Origin: Pirellulales bacterium
GTDB taxonomy: Bacteria; Planctomycetota; Planctomycetia; Pirellulales; JAICIG01
Length of the DNA stretch: 64,000 nt
Assembly (NCBI GenBank): GCA_040901675.1
Contig: JBBDYJ010000020.1
Location: 1 to 64,000 of the forward strand
Direction of reading: 5' to 3'
The position numbers were made by a program, and so were the translations under genes. The notes under the pieces were generated by a model, which did not search any database, was not told the DNA's origin, and saw nothing but the letters and a program-made list of their open reading frames with translations. Each line of letters begins with the position of its first letter. Positions within the stretch are counted from its first letter, which is position 1. This document shows positions 40,273-50,777 of this stretch, piece by piece.

Positions 40273-40284
40273 CTGCGGCCATAG

Positions 40285-41586
40285 CTACTGGTTGCGGCGC
40301 AGCGCCAGAAGCGTGAGGTCGTCGGCGGGGCTGGCGCCTTCATAATGATCCTCGATCCGCTCGCCGACGCGCGCGACCAGTTCGGCCAGCGGCAGGCGCC
40401 GCAGCTCGCGCAGTGCCGCGAGCAACCGGGCCTGGCCAAATTGCTCGCCGGCGGAGTTGACCGCCTCCACAATGCCGTCGGTGCAGAGCACGAGCAGGTC
40501 GCCCACCTCCATGCTCACAACCGGGCCCGGGGGATAATCGGGCTCGTCGACCACTCCCAAGGGCATGCCGGTCGCGTGCAATGTGGTAAAGCGGTCCGCC
40601 GCGGCTGAATAATGCTCCACCGGAGCATGGCCGGCATTCGAGTAGTACACGGTGTGGGTTCTGGGATCGAGCGATGCGATCACCATCGTGATGAACAGGC
40701 CGTTTTGCAGATCGGGCGCCAGGGCCCGCCCCAAGAGGGCCAGCAGTTGTTCGGGCGCCGCGTGATCCAACAACAGCGCCCGCAAGGCGGCCCGCACCGA
40801 AGCCATCAGCAGGCTAGGCCCCAACCCGTGACCGCTCACGTCGGCAACCACCAACCCCAACCGCCCGTCCGGCAAAGAAAGGACGTCGCAGTAATCGCCG
40901 CCCACCGCCTGGTTGGGAAACCACCAGGTGGCCGCTTCATAGCCGCGAATCTGCGGCAACTGGCTGGGCATAAAGCCGCGCTGCACGTCGCGGGCCACGT
41001 TCAGCGAGGCGTCGATGGTCTCCCGCTCGCGCAGCTCGTCGACCAGCCGGGCGCGGTCGAGCGCCACGGCGGCATGCTGGCTGAATGCCGAGAGCAACTG
41101 CTCGTCGAAGTCGTCGAACGGGCCGCCTTCGTTGTTTAAGCACTGCAGTACGCCCAACAGGGCGTTGTCGCGAGACGAGGTCAACGGCGCGGCCAGAATG
41201 CTGCGCGTCTGAAAACCGGTTGCCTGGTCGATCGCCGAATGCCAGCGCGGGTCGAGCGCCGGATCGGGTACGTTGACCATCTGGCGATGCCGGGCCACAT
41301 GCCCCGTGATCCCGTCCTCCACGTCACGGCGGATCTCGGCGATCTCCAGGTCGGTGGCCACCCGCGTGTACAGCTCGTTCCGCTTCGGATCGTACTGGTA
41401 CAAGCTGGCCCGCTCGCACACCAGGGCCTGGCAGGCCTCCCGAGCAATCACTTCAAGGATCTTATCCAGGTCGACCTCGGCCGCCAGCACACGCGTCACG
41501 TCCAGCAAGCGCAACAGCGCGTTGACCCGCCGGCGCGCGGTCGCCTCGTCCGCATGGTCGGAGAGCAGCAACTCGCAAAGTTCCAT
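40285..41586 (-). CDS. GAF plus SpoIIE/RsbU-type PP2C phosphatase
   Basis: GAF GITGHVA..D..TGFQTRSIL; VGGDYCD, VADVSGHG, NAGH, TDGIVEA, DDLTL. Confidence 0.94.
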   Translation of the reverse strand: MELCELLLSDHADEATARRRVNALLRLLDVTRVLAAEVDLDKILEVIAREACQALVCERASLYQYDPKRNELYTRVATDLEIAEIRRDVEDGITGHVARHRQMVNVPDPALDPRWHSAIDQATGFQTRSILAAPLTSSRDNALLGVLQCLNNEGGPFDDFDEQLLSAFSQHAAVALDRARLVDELRERETIDASLNVARDVQRGFMPSQLPQIRGYEAATWWFPNQAVGGDYCDVLSLPDGRLGLVVADVSGHGLGPSLLMASVRAALRALLLDHAAPEQLLALLGRALAPDLQNGLFITMVIASLDPRTHTVYYSNAGHAPVEHYSAAADRFTTLHATGMPLGVVDEPDYPPGPVVSMEVGDLLVLCTDGIVEAVNSAGEQFGQARLLAALRELRRLPLAELVARVGERIEDHYEGASPADDLTLLALRRNQ

Positions 41587-41595
41587 GGGCACAGT

Positions 41596-42510
41596 CTAGA
41601 CTTGCTCCAAACGCCGGGCAATCCAGGCCGGCGACGCGAAGCGGCGCAGCAAGCTTTTCAAGTTCGTTTCCATCGTCCTCAACCGGGGATCGGCCTCGGC
41701 GGGCGATGGAGCCGCTTCGTCGCCTGTTGGGCTGGCTTTCAACCCCCCCCATCCGAGCCGAACCGGCCAGTCGTACATGGCCGCCGAGGCATTGAATCGC
41801 TCGGCCACCCGCGCCGCCCAGAGTAGCCCGAAGGCGTCGCGAAAATCGTGCCACAGTCTGTCGAGCGGCCGGACGACCGCCGGACGACGGCGCGCGGCGC
41901 GGGCCGCCAGCACGATTGCCAGCACCAGGCAGGCCAGGCCCAGCAGCGGCCGCCATGGACCCTGTGGCGGCAGACCGAAGGGCAACTGGTCGGACAACAG
42001 GCAAAGCTGGCCGGCGGCAACCAGGCCGCTCGCTAGGCAATAGCGGGTGGGCAGGTGGTTGATCAATCCCACGCCGATCAAGGCCAGCAGGAACCAACTC
42101 CAGGCGGCGTGCAACTCCGGCAGTCGGCTGGCACCGAGAGCCCAACCGCTGCCCACGGGCAACCAGAGCACCACAATCAACGACAGCACGATGAACTGCC
42201 AGGCCTTGTCTTGCGGCCGGCGGGCCCCCAACAGGGCCATCGAGGGAGCCAGCGTCGTGGCGGCCGCCAGGTAGCGGGCATAAGCCAGCCAGGCAGGCGC
42301 GTGGGCCTGCGACCAGGCGGCCGCTGTTTCGACGCCGGCCACTGCTGCCAGGCACCCAAGCGCCCAGACCAAGGGAGCTGCCAGCGTCGTGCCGGCCACT
42401 GCCCGATGGCAACGCAGCAGCACCGCGACGCCTGCCGCAGACAAACCAACGCTCAGCACGGCAGCCGCACCTGGATGGACAACGAAAGCGTCGGCCAACG
42501 TCGAGAGCAT
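41596..42510 (-). CDS. Hypothetical membrane protein
   Basis: About 7 TM segments; LGARRP, W.DFRDAFG..W..RV.ERFN. Confidence 0.75.
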   Translation of the reverse strand: MLSTLADAFVVHPGAAAVLSVGLSAAGVAVLLRCHRAVAGTTLAAPLVWALGCLAAVAGVETAAAWSQAHAPAWLAYARYLAAATTLAPSMALLGARRPQDKAWQFIVLSLIVVLWLPVGSGWALGASRLPELHAAWSWFLLALIGVGLINHLPTRYCLASGLVAAGQLCLLSDQLPFGLPPQGPWRPLLGLACLVLAIVLAARAARRRPAVVRPLDRLWHDFRDAFGLLWAARVAERFNASAAMYDWPVRLGWGGLKASPTGDEAAPSPAEADPRLRTMETNLKSLLRRFASPAWIARRLEQV

Positions 42511-42879
42511 CAAGCCAGTTGCATCAAAACGGGACGGGTGGAAGAAAGGCGTCGTGCCGGATCTCGCCTATTCTAACGGTTGTGCGGCCTGGGGGCAGGC
42601 ACTGGGGCCAGGCTGAGCGGAGCAGTCGCGTTTCGGCGTAAGTCCAATCGCGGCAAGGCTCCGGCCGTCGACGCTCACCATGTTAAAGCTTGCGGTGTTG
42701 GAAAAATGCAACGGTTGCGTTTGCTCTACCGCCAGTCGTGGGCAATGTTTCTCCAGACGAACGCCGGCCGGCGCCGCGGTGACCAACCCGCGAGCCATGT
42801 GGATCAGGTTTCCACTTTCTGCCGGGCCGGCCTCGTCGCTTTTTGAATCGCCAGACCGAAATCGACAAGGAGTTGAGCC

Positions 42880-43302
42880 ATGCGGTCAGTTTTGAACAGG
42901 GTGGGAATGGTTGCGGCCTTGGTGCTGGGATGCGGTTCGATCCAAGTTGAGGCGTCCGATGCATGGGGCGGACCGGCCTACGGCGGTGCTGCCAGCACGG
43001 CCGCCTTCGGCGGCGGTTACGGGCTTTGGGGGATCGACTACGGGTCGTCGGCCGATTGTTGCAGCGATGTCTGGGACGGCTATTGCGACGAAAGGCATGG
43101 CTGGGGATGCGGGCACGGCCGGCGCCACGGCGATTGCCGCGGATCGCGCCGGCACGGTGGCGGGCTATTCCACCGGCACCGCCGCTGCCACGGTGGCCAT
43201 ACAGGTTCCTGCTGCCACGGTGAAATGGACCACGGCATGGTGCCCGGGCCGCTTGGACCGATCGACGATCCTCCAGCGCCGGTGGCCGACAACGCGGCCT
43301 GA
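42880..43302 (+). CDS. Small secreted Gly/His/Cys-rich protein
   Basis: SD aaggag, signal peptide, CCSDVWDGYC, His/Cys-rich tract, followed by a terminator. Confidence 0.7.
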   Translation: MRSVLNRVGMVAALVLGCGSIQVEASDAWGGPAYGGAASTAAFGGGYGLWGIDYGSSADCCSDVWDGYCDERHGWGCGHGRRHGDCRGSRRHGGGLFHRHRRCHGGHTGSCCHGEMDHGMVPGPLGPIDDPPAPVADNAA

Positions 43303-43379
43303 GCCTCGGAAACGTGGGCCGCCCGCCGCTGTTGCCTGCTGGGGAGCAAGTGACGCTCTCGCGACGCGGGGATCGGGTT

Positions 43380-43419
43380 AAAAAAAGACGGGCGAACCGA
43401 ATGGTTCGCCCGTTTTTTT
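43380..43419. terminator. Intrinsic terminator, bidirectional type
   Basis: A7-gacgggcgaacc-gaat-ggttcgcccg-T7. Confidence 0.9.
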
Positions 43420-43543
43420 GTTACCGGCAGGCTCTTTGGGATTTTGCGGAGAAATCGGCTGGAGCATCGCCATCGGCGTTGCCGATACCGTGAGTACAAC
43501 CTTGCCGGGAGGGCGGGACAAACGTTGTCCCGTTTCAGGATAG

Positions 43544-43585
43544 AGGTCATGGCAATCGACGGATCGAATTGCCATGACCTTTTTT
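43544..43585 (+). terminator. Orphan terminator-like hairpin
   Basis: aggtcatggcaat-N11-attgccatgacct followed by a T run. Confidence 0.6.
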
Positions 43586-43909
43586 ACGCGCCCAGCCAGC
43601 CAGCGGCGACTCTTTCTTTGCATCCGGCATGCCGGGGGCGCTGCCACGTTGGTTCGGGCCGTGTCAGTGACAACCGGCGAGGCAGACCCCGATGCCCCGC
43701 TGTTGGGGATGGGTGCGTCTGAACCCGGCTCAACCCAGATTCGTTTTCCACGCCTGCGTTTCGCGCGAGGGGTGATATCTTGCCCCAAGTTGCGCGGGAG
43801 CGGCGCTCTTTGGCACCTGCGTTGCAGGTCGTCCCTAAGTGGTGCGGTGCGTTTTTAATCCCGCACGAAAAAAGAAAATGCACACACGCCGAAGGCGAGG
43901 AGAGAAATC

Positions 43910-45181
43910 ATGTGGCGGAGTATATGCCAATTCAAGGGCTGCCCCTTGGCGGCCGGAGTAGTGGCCTTGGTGTTTGCGACCGGGCAGGTCCTGGCACAGT
44001 CGGACCAAGGAGCGGGAGGAGCCGGCGGGGCTGGTGGGGGTGCCGCAGGGGGGGCCGGAGGTTCCGGCACTGGCCAGGGCGGCTTCGGCGCGCAGGGTGG
44101 CACGTATGGGCAATGGGGTGGTTTTCCGCAACGCCCACCCGCGATGCCTCAGCCGGGTCAATCCGGGTTTGGCGTCGAGGGGGGCCTCGAAGGCCAGGCC
44201 GACTTTGGTGCGGACGGCTTCGGAGGCACGCAGGGAGATTTTGAGAACCGAACCCGTGCCGGTTTCAGACGCGACCGGAGGACGCAATTTGGCACGAACA
44301 CACAGTTCGACAACAACATCCAAGGCGATTTCGACCGTCGCCGAGCTCGGCGGGACCAGGCAAATCGATTCGGCACGGACACCGATTTCGATAACCGCGT
44401 GGTGGGCGGAGGTGTCGACCGGCGCAGCCGGTTCTCACAAGGGCGCGATGGCACCTTCGGCGACTTCGTAGCCGAGCGTGCCGGACGAGCCGCGCGCGGC
44501 CGCTTCGACGACCGGTTCGGGGCTCGGCTCGACGGGGACTTCGACGACGAATTCGGTGATCGGTTCGACGCGGACGTCGACGCTCGCTTCGGCGCGCAAT
44601 TCGACGACGACGAGCAGTTCGACGACCTCGAGGGTCGAGTCTTCGACGAACGTGACTTCGGCGGACGGAGGCCTGGCTTCAGGGACAACCGGCGGAACTT
44701 CGCCAACCGCAGGGCCAGCGACGTCCGCGACGCCGACTTCGACTTCAATCGTTTCGACGATGACTTGGATCGAGTCGACCGGTTCGGCGACGTGAGTGCT
44801 CGCTTCCGCGGCAACCTGCGAAGCTCGTTGGGCCTGGCGTTCGAGCAAGGCGGCGGCAGCGAACTGGTCCTGTCGAACGTCCCGTCGGACAGCCTGGCCG
44901 CGGATGCCGGGTTGCTGGCGGGAGACGAGATCCTCGCCGCCAACGGGCAGCGAATCCGCAACTTCGGCGACCTGGTGAGCATGCTGCGCACCAACCGAAC
45001 GAATGAGCCGATTGAGTTGATCATCGACCGCAACGGCCGGCGGCAAACGGTCACGTTGATGTTGCCGGAAGACTTCCTGATCGGCGGCAGCGCGGGATTC
45101 GACGCCTTCGGCGAACGCGTCAGCAGGGAAGCGCGGCGCCGCAACGCCCTGCGGCGGAGCCAGCCGTTCGGCGACTTCTGA
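43910..45181 (+). CDS. Secreted protein with a long Phe/Asp/Arg/Gly low-complexity region and a C-terminal PDZ domain
   Basis: SD aggag, signal peptide (VLA|Q), SLGLAF..V..DSLAADAGLLAGDEILAANG..I.RNG. Confidence 0.85.
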   Translation: MWRSICQFKGCPLAAGVVALVFATGQVLAQSDQGAGGAGGAGGGAAGGAGGSGTGQGGFGAQGGTYGQWGGFPQRPPAMPQPGQSGFGVEGGLEGQADFGADGFGGTQGDFENRTRAGFRRDRRTQFGTNTQFDNNIQGDFDRRRARRDQANRFGTDTDFDNRVVGGGVDRRSRFSQGRDGTFGDFVAERAGRAARGRFDDRFGARLDGDFDDEFGDRFDADVDARFGAQFDDDEQFDDLEGRVFDERDFGGRRPGFRDNRRNFANRRASDVRDADFDFNRFDDDLDRVDRFGDVSARFRGNLRSSLGLAFEQGGGSELVLSNVPSDSLAADAGLLAGDEILAANGQRIRNFGDLVSMLRTNRTNEPIELIIDRNGRRQTVTLMLPEDFLIGGSAGFDAFGERVSREARRRNALRRSQPFGDF

Positions 45182-45374
45182 CCCGGTATGATCCGGCCAG
45201 CGTGTTCGGCGACGGCGCCGGCAGCCTACCGTTCGAGAAGGGAGATTTGCATCAATGGTCCGAACGCCGGCAAAGATCTTGACCGGCTCCGATGCCCTTA
45301 CTTCGGGTGGGCGCCAGGCTTACAATGGGATTGGGCCGACGAGATCGGCCGACTGAATTCCAGAGGAAGCAACG

Positions 45375-47177
45375 TTGCTCGTCGGGCCCGTCTTCACGCG
45401 TGAGTTCGTCACCGCCCCCCGGCGGACCAGGTTGTACGTGGCCCGAGCGGCTTATGTGGCCGCGCTCCTGGTCTTGTTGAGCACTGCCTGGCAGGTGCTG
45501 GCCGGCACGCAGGTGGTTCGCAACGTGGGCGATCTGTCCCGCTTCGGCGCCAGCGTGTTCGCCATCCTGGCCCCCTTGCAATTGGCCATCGTCCTGTTTT
45601 TTTCCTCGTTGTCGGCGGCCAGCGCCGTGGCCGCCGAAAAGGACCGCCAGACGTTGGTCCTGCTGTTGATGACGAACCTCTCCAACGCGGAGTTGGTGCT
45701 GGGCAAGCTGCTGGCCAGCATGCTCAACGTGCTGGTGCTGGTGGCCGCCGCCGTGCCTGTGTTCATGTTGATGGCCCTGCTGGGAGGCATCTCGTTCGAG
45801 CAGATCGGACGCGCCTTCGCGGTGACGCTGGCCAGTGCCCTGGTGGCCGGCAGCCTGGGATCGACCCTGGCGCTGTGGCGCGAAAAGACATTTCAGACGC
45901 TGGCCATGACCGCACTGGCCCTGGTGCTCTGGCTGGCTGCCGGGGAGTTGGTGGCTCAGGGCGCGATGGGCAGCCAGTGGTGGGGAATCTCCACCAGCCA
46001 TTGGGCCATCGCTATCAGCCCCTGGCAGGCCATGCTCGAGGCCACGCGCCCCTTTACGGAGGCGCAGTCAGGGGGATGGCTCTCCAGCCCGGTAAACCAG
46101 TTCCTGCTGGTGTCGTTGGGAGCCGCGCTGGCATTGAACGGCCTGGCCACGGCCATGGTCCGGGTATGGAATCCCTCGCGCGAGGCGCGGCGCGGGGCAC
46201 ACGATCCCCGCTCCGAGAACCACCCGCTCGCCCAATCGCCGGCCGGCCCAGCCACGGCCATGCAGGCCGCAACGGCCGCCGCGCGGCCAATTGCCCGCTC
46301 TCGCCCCGTGTGGGACAACCCGATCATCTGGCGTGAAATGCGGACCTGGGCCTACGGGCGCAAGATGCTGGTGGTGCGAGCAGCGTACCTGGTTTTGTTC
46401 GCCCTGACGGCCGCGGGCATGTACGCGGTGCTCGAACGCTCCGACATGGTGGGGCGCGAGGATGCGGCTTTGGTGCTGGTCCCTTTGCTGATTCTGAGTC
46501 TGGTGCTGGTGAACGCCCAGGCGGTGACGTCGTTGACCAGCGAGCGCGATGCACGGGCGCTGGACCTGCTGCTGGTCACGGACCTGACACCCAAGGAGTT
46601 CATCTTCGGCAAGCTGGGCGGCGTGCTCTACAACACCAAGGAAATGGTGCTTCTGCCGATGGCGCTGTGCGGCGCGATCTGGTATTCCGGCCTGGTCAGC
46701 TTGGAGAACCTGCTCTACCTGCTGGGCGGATGGCTGGTGATGTGCGGATTCGTGGCGATGCTGGGCGTCCACGTGGGGATGAACTACGTGAACTCGAAGA
46801 GCGCGATCGCGGCCAGTCTGGGCACCGTGTTCTTCCTGTTCATCGGCGTGGCGGTCTGCATGCGGATCATGGTGGCCTTCAGCGGCTCGTTCCAGGTGCA
46901 ATTGACGCCGTTTCTGGCGTTCATCATCGGCGGTGGAGCGGGGTTGTACGCGGCCCTGGGCTGGCGCAACCCTTCGGGGGCCATCCAAATGGCATCGATC
47001 CTTTGCCCCTTTGCAATTTTTTACGCCATCACCAGCTTTCTGATCGGCTACACGCTTGGGGTCTTCCTGGTGCTGGCCTTCACGTTTGGCTTCACGACCC
47101 TCACCATGCTGATTCCCGCCCTCTCGGAGTTCGATGTGGCCACCGGCCGGACCAGCGGAGCCGGCGAGGAAGGCTGA
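45375..47177 (+). CDS. ABC-2-type transporter permease with duplicated membrane domains
   Basis: GPVFTREF..EKDRQTLVLLLMT..LGKL and NPIIWREM..ERDARALDLLLVT..FGKL. Confidence 0.85.
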   Translation: MLVGPVFTREFVTAPRRTRLYVARAAYVAALLVLLSTAWQVLAGTQVVRNVGDLSRFGASVFAILAPLQLAIVLFFSSLSAASAVAAEKDRQTLVLLLMTNLSNAELVLGKLLASMLNVLVLVAAAVPVFMLMALLGGISFEQIGRAFAVTLASALVAGSLGSTLALWREKTFQTLAMTALALVLWLAAGELVAQGAMGSQWWGISTSHWAIAISPWQAMLEATRPFTEAQSGGWLSSPVNQFLLVSLGAALALNGLATAMVRVWNPSREARRGAHDPRSENHPLAQSPAGPATAMQAATAAARPIARSRPVWDNPIIWREMRTWAYGRKMLVVRAAYLVLFALTAAGMYAVLERSDMVGREDAALVLVPLLILSLVLVNAQAVTSLTSERDARALDLLLVTDLTPKEFIFGKLGGVLYNTKEMVLLPMALCGAIWYSGLVSLENLLYLLGGWLVMCGFVAMLGVHVGMNYVNSKSAIAASLGTVFFLFIGVAVCMRIMVAFSGSFQVQLTPFLAFIIGGGAGLYAALGWRNPSGAIQMASILCPFAIFYAITSFLIGYTLGVFLVLAFTFGFTTLTMLIPALSEFDVATGRTSGAGEEG

Positions 47178-47181
47178 ATGG

Positions 47182-47319
47182 AGGGCAGAGGGCAGAAGGC
47201 AGAAGGCAGAAGGCAGAAGGCAGAAGGCAGAATAGGAGGCGGGCCGAACGAGGCGGGCCGAACGAGGCGGGCCGAACGAGGCGGGTCTGTCAGGGCGGGT
47301 CTGTCATTGCGGGTCTGTC
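47182..47319. repeat. Composite 7-bp then 14-bp tandem array between the convergent permease and purF genes
   Basis: (a[g/a]ggcag)x7; gaggcgggccgaac x3; nnngcgggtctgtc x3. Confidence 0.9.
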
Positions 47320-48952
47320 AGACAGCGGGCATTTCGCTGGCGCTGGTCGGGACTGTGGCTTCCGGCGTCTGCTCGTCTCGATCACCCGCTTCGCGCTCGT
47401 AAGTCCGCTGGACCGTTTTGGAGGCGGCGCTGTCCAAAGCGATCTCGTACAACTCCTGCCCGCCTCCGGTCGGATAGCGGCCGGTGATGCAGGCTTGGCA
47501 GAGCTGATCGTGGTCGTAGCCGAGGGCCCGGGCGATCGATTCGACCGGCAAATAGCGGAGCGACTCGGCGCCCAACTGCTTTGCCATGCGGTCCTGCCCC
47601 GCCTGCGTCAGCAGGCCGTCCTCCAGGAAGGAGGGGGCGAACAGCTCGCCGATGGTCGACATGTCGATGCCGTAGAAACAGGGAGCGATAATCGGCGGGC
47701 AGGCCACTCGCACGTGAATCTCGCGGGCGCGGCCCAGCTCACGGATCCGGCTCAACAGCACTTTCATCGTGGTCGACCGGACGATGGAGTCCTCGACGAG
47801 CAACACGCGCTTGTCCTCCAGCACTTCACGCAGCGGCGTGTACTTGGTCTCCGCTTTCCGCTTACGGTTGGTCGAGCCTTCAATAAACGTACGGCCCGTG
47901 TAGCGGTTGCGGATCAATCCTTCCAGCGAGGGAACGCCCAGCCGGAAGGCCATGGCGTCGGCCGCGGCCTTGCTGGTGTCCGGCACGGGGACGACGATGG
48001 TGTCCTCGTCGATGGGCACGGTTTCCAGCCGGGCCAGCTCCTCGCCCAGGGCCTTGCGCGAGAGGTAGACGCTGCGCCCGTCCATGGTGCTGGCCACGTT
48101 GGCAAAGTAGATCCACTCGAAGAAGCAGTGGGCCCGCCGCGGACTGGGAGCAAACCGCTCGATGGAGAAGCGGCCGTCGGTAATGGCAATGGCCTGGCCC
48201 GGCAAGAGCGACTTGATGCTCTCCGGCGAGAAACCGAGGTTCAACAGGGCCACGCTCTCGCTGGCCGCGGCAAACAACGGCCCCTCCAAGGCGTAGCAGA
48301 GCGGGCGGAAGCCGAGCGGATCGCGGGCCACGAGCATGTCGCCCAACGAGTTCAGGAACACCAGGCAATAGGCGCCGTCGAACCTGCGGTCCACGCTGCT
48401 CCACATCTCGATCAGCGACGGCCGGCGATCCCCGGACAGCTCGCGGCTGATCTGGTGCATGATGATTTCGGTATCGTTGTCGCGGGCCAGGTGGTTGTCG
48501 CTGTCGGCCAACAGCTCGCGCCGCAACTGCTGATAGTTGGCCAACTGCCCATTGAATGCAAAGCTGAACCACTTTTGCTTCTGCAAGTGGTGCCGCTCGA
48601 AGGGCTGGGCATAACTGCGGTCCTCGGCCCCACAGGTGGCATAGCGCACGTGCCCGATGGCCGCTCGCCCGGCATATTCCTTCATCAGGCTCTCGTACTT
48701 GCCGCGGTGGCTGAGCCTGAAGACCTCGCTGACGCCGCCCAGGTCCTTGTACGTGTCGATGAGCTGCTTGCGCTGGGGATTGTAGGTGGTGAAGCCGGCC
48801 GAGAGCTGACCGCGGTTCTGGATGTCCAGCAGCATCCGCGGCAGCAGCCGGGAGGCCTCCTCCGGACCTTGCTCCGGACAGAGCGGGCTGGCGCCGCGTC
48901 CCGGCAGGTGGTAGACCGCGGCAATCCCGCACTCGTGGTTCAGTTCGCTCAT
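47318..48952 (-). CDS. purF: Amidophosphoribosyltransferase
   Basis: HECG N-terminal nucleophile with propeptide, [46 protein letters not shown]. Confidence 0.96.
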   Translation of the reverse strand: MSELNHECGIAAVYHLPGRGASPLCPEQGPEEASRLLPRMLLDIQNRGQLSAGFTTYNPQRKQLIDTYKDLGGVSEVFRLSHRGKYESLMKEYAGRAAIGHVRYATCGAEDRSYAQPFERHHLQKQKWFSFAFNGQLANYQQLRRELLADSDNHLARDNDTEIIMHQISRELSGDRRPSLIEMWSSVDRRFDGAYCLVFLNSLGDMLVARDPLGFRPLCYALEGPLFAAASESVALLNLGFSPESIKSLLPGQAIAITDGRFSIERFAPSPRRAHCFFEWIYFANVASTMDGRSVYLSRKALGEELARLETVPIDEDTIVVPVPDTSKAAADAMAFRLGVPSLEGLIRNRYTGRTFIEGSTNRKRKAETKYTPLREVLEDKRVLLVEDSIVRSTTMKVLLSRIRELGRAREIHVRVACPPIIAPCFYGIDMSTIGELFAPSFLEDGLLTQAGQDRMAKQLGAESLRYLPVESIARALGYDHDQLCQACITGRYPTGGGQELYEIALDSAASKTVQRTYEREAGDRDEQTPEATVPTSASEMPAV

Positions 48953-49168
48953 TCGGCTATCTGGCGACCCCCGGCGGTGAGGAAATCCAACAAAGCGCAG
49001 GCCCACTCGCCGTCGCCGGCACCGCTTGCCTTGGAAGACCGGCTCGAAACCGGGCAGCTTCCAGGCCCGGCGGAGTGACGCCGCAAGGTATTGTAGGCCC
49101 GCGCAGCCAATTGCTCAACTGGGGCTGGCCCGGCTGGGCGACAGCCGAGCGGAGATCGTCCTTGGAAA

Positions 49169-49268
49169 GTAGCCCTCATCCCGGCGCGCCGGGACGTGAG
49201 GTGCCTCGTAACAAAGTAGCCCTCACGCTCCGCGTGAGGTGCCACGTCACGCGGAGCGTGACGGCTAC
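49169..49268. repeat. GTAG REP family C: two direct copies plus one inverted copy (REPIN-like)
   Basis: gtagccctcacgctccgcgtgagg (49216) facing cgtcacgcggagcgtgacggctac (ends 49268); variant copy at 49169. Confidence 0.85.
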
Positions 49269-49370
49269 CAGCCGCTTGTTGAGCTTGCCACGGCCAAGGT
49301 ATTCTTGACAAGCGGACCCAAGGCGCACCGCCGACCCGCCAGGCGACTCCCAACTCTGATTGAATTGCCC

Positions 49371-50510
49371 ATGACCGACTTGCTGCGGCAGGAGATTGCC
49401 ACGTCGGCCGACACGCTGGTGGTGAAGGTCGGCACACGCGTCCTCGCCCGCCCCGACGGCAAACTGGACGAGTCCCGCGTGGCAACCCTGGCCGAGGAGA
49501 TGCACCAGGTCATCGAATCTGGCCGCCGCATCGCGCTGGTGAGTTCCGGCGCCGTCGCCGCCGGCATGGGATTGCTGGGCCTCGCCGAGAGGCCCCGCGA
49601 CTTGCGCCACTTGCAGGCCGTGGCCGCAGTGGGCCAAAGCTGCCTGGTCCAGACCTACGACCGGGCGCTCAGGGCCTTTGGGAGGCACGCGGCCCAGGTC
49701 CTGCTGACCGCCGACGACCTCGACGACCGCACCCGCTATCTGAACGTCCGCAATACGCTGTTGACGCTGCTGGAATATGGCGCGGTGCCGATCATCAACG
49801 AGAACGACACGGTCAGCGTCGAGGAACTGCAGACCACATTCGGCGACAACGACCGCCTGGCGGCCATGGTAACCAACCTGATCCGTGCGCCGCTGCTGGT
49901 GCTGCTGTCGGACGTCGACGGACTGTACGACGGGGATCCGCGCAGCGAAGCCGCCCGGCTGATTCCCACCGTCACCCGGCTCGACGAATCGGTGTTCGCG
50001 CTGGTCCGCGACCAGCGAACCGGGCTCGGCAAGGGGGGCATGGCCAGCAAGCTCATGGCCGCCCGCATGGCTGCCCTGGCGGGCGAGAACGTGATCATCG
50101 CCAACGGCCGCACGCCGGGCACGTTGGCCCGCATCCTGGCCGGCGAAGTCGTGGGCACGTTGGTGGTAGCGCAAGGCCAGACGGTCCGTTCCTGGAAACG
50201 CTGGATCGGCTTTACTGCTCAACCTCGCGGCCACCTGGTGTTGGACGACGGCGCCCGCCGTGCCATCGAGAAGCAGGGACGCAGCCTGCTGGCCATCGGA
50301 GTGCTCGACGCCGTGGGCAATTTCAAGAAAGGCGACGTGGTGGCCTTGCGTGACAAGGCGGGATGCGAGTTCGCCCGCGGCCTTACCAACTACCCGCTGG
50401 CCGAGGTGCTGCGGATCAAGGGATTAAGGACCGACGCGATTGCGGCGGCGTTGGGGCACCGCCCTTACCCCGAGGTGATCCACCGGGACAATATGGCCCT
50501 GACTTCATGA
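49371..50510 (+). CDS. proB: Glutamate 5-kinase with PUA domain
   Basis: VVKVGT, VSSGAV, AAVGQ, PIINENDTV, FGDND, GGMASKL, IHRDN. Confidence 0.97.
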   Translation: MTDLLRQEIATSADTLVVKVGTRVLARPDGKLDESRVATLAEEMHQVIESGRRIALVSSGAVAAGMGLLGLAERPRDLRHLQAVAAVGQSCLVQTYDRALRAFGRHAAQVLLTADDLDDRTRYLNVRNTLLTLLEYGAVPIINENDTVSVEELQTTFGDNDRLAAMVTNLIRAPLLVLLSDVDGLYDGDPRSEAARLIPTVTRLDESVFALVRDQRTGLGKGGMASKLMAARMAALAGENVIIANGRTPGTLARILAGEVVGTLVVAQGQTVRSWKRWIGFTAQPRGHLVLDDGARRAIEKQGRSLLAIGVLDAVGNFKKGDVVALRDKAGCEFARGLTNYPLAEVLRIKGLRTDAIAAALGHRPYPEVIHRDNMALTS

Positions 50511-50777
50511 ATGTGGGCGGCGGTTGGCTGGCGAGTTGCAGGCCAGCATGGTCACAAGTCATTCTTGACCAGCAGGTGCCCCCGCTGCCGGGATCATCCA
50601 TAGTGCCGGCGCGAGACTTGCAGAAAGCCGTGCAATCGGCGTACCGAGCCGGCCGCCATGGCGGCAACCGCCGCGCCTGGCAGGGCAACAAAGCTTTGGC
50701 ACGGCTTGTGCATCCCTCCAGCACAACAACGGTTCTTTTGATTCTCTTCCTGTTTCCGGCTGGAACCAGGCGGTTTT

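Noticed and set aside
47236..47319. 14-bp repeats as CRISPR or iterons
   Set aside because: There are no spacers and no rep or cas gene; they lie in a convergent intergenic gap, consistent with a VNTR.
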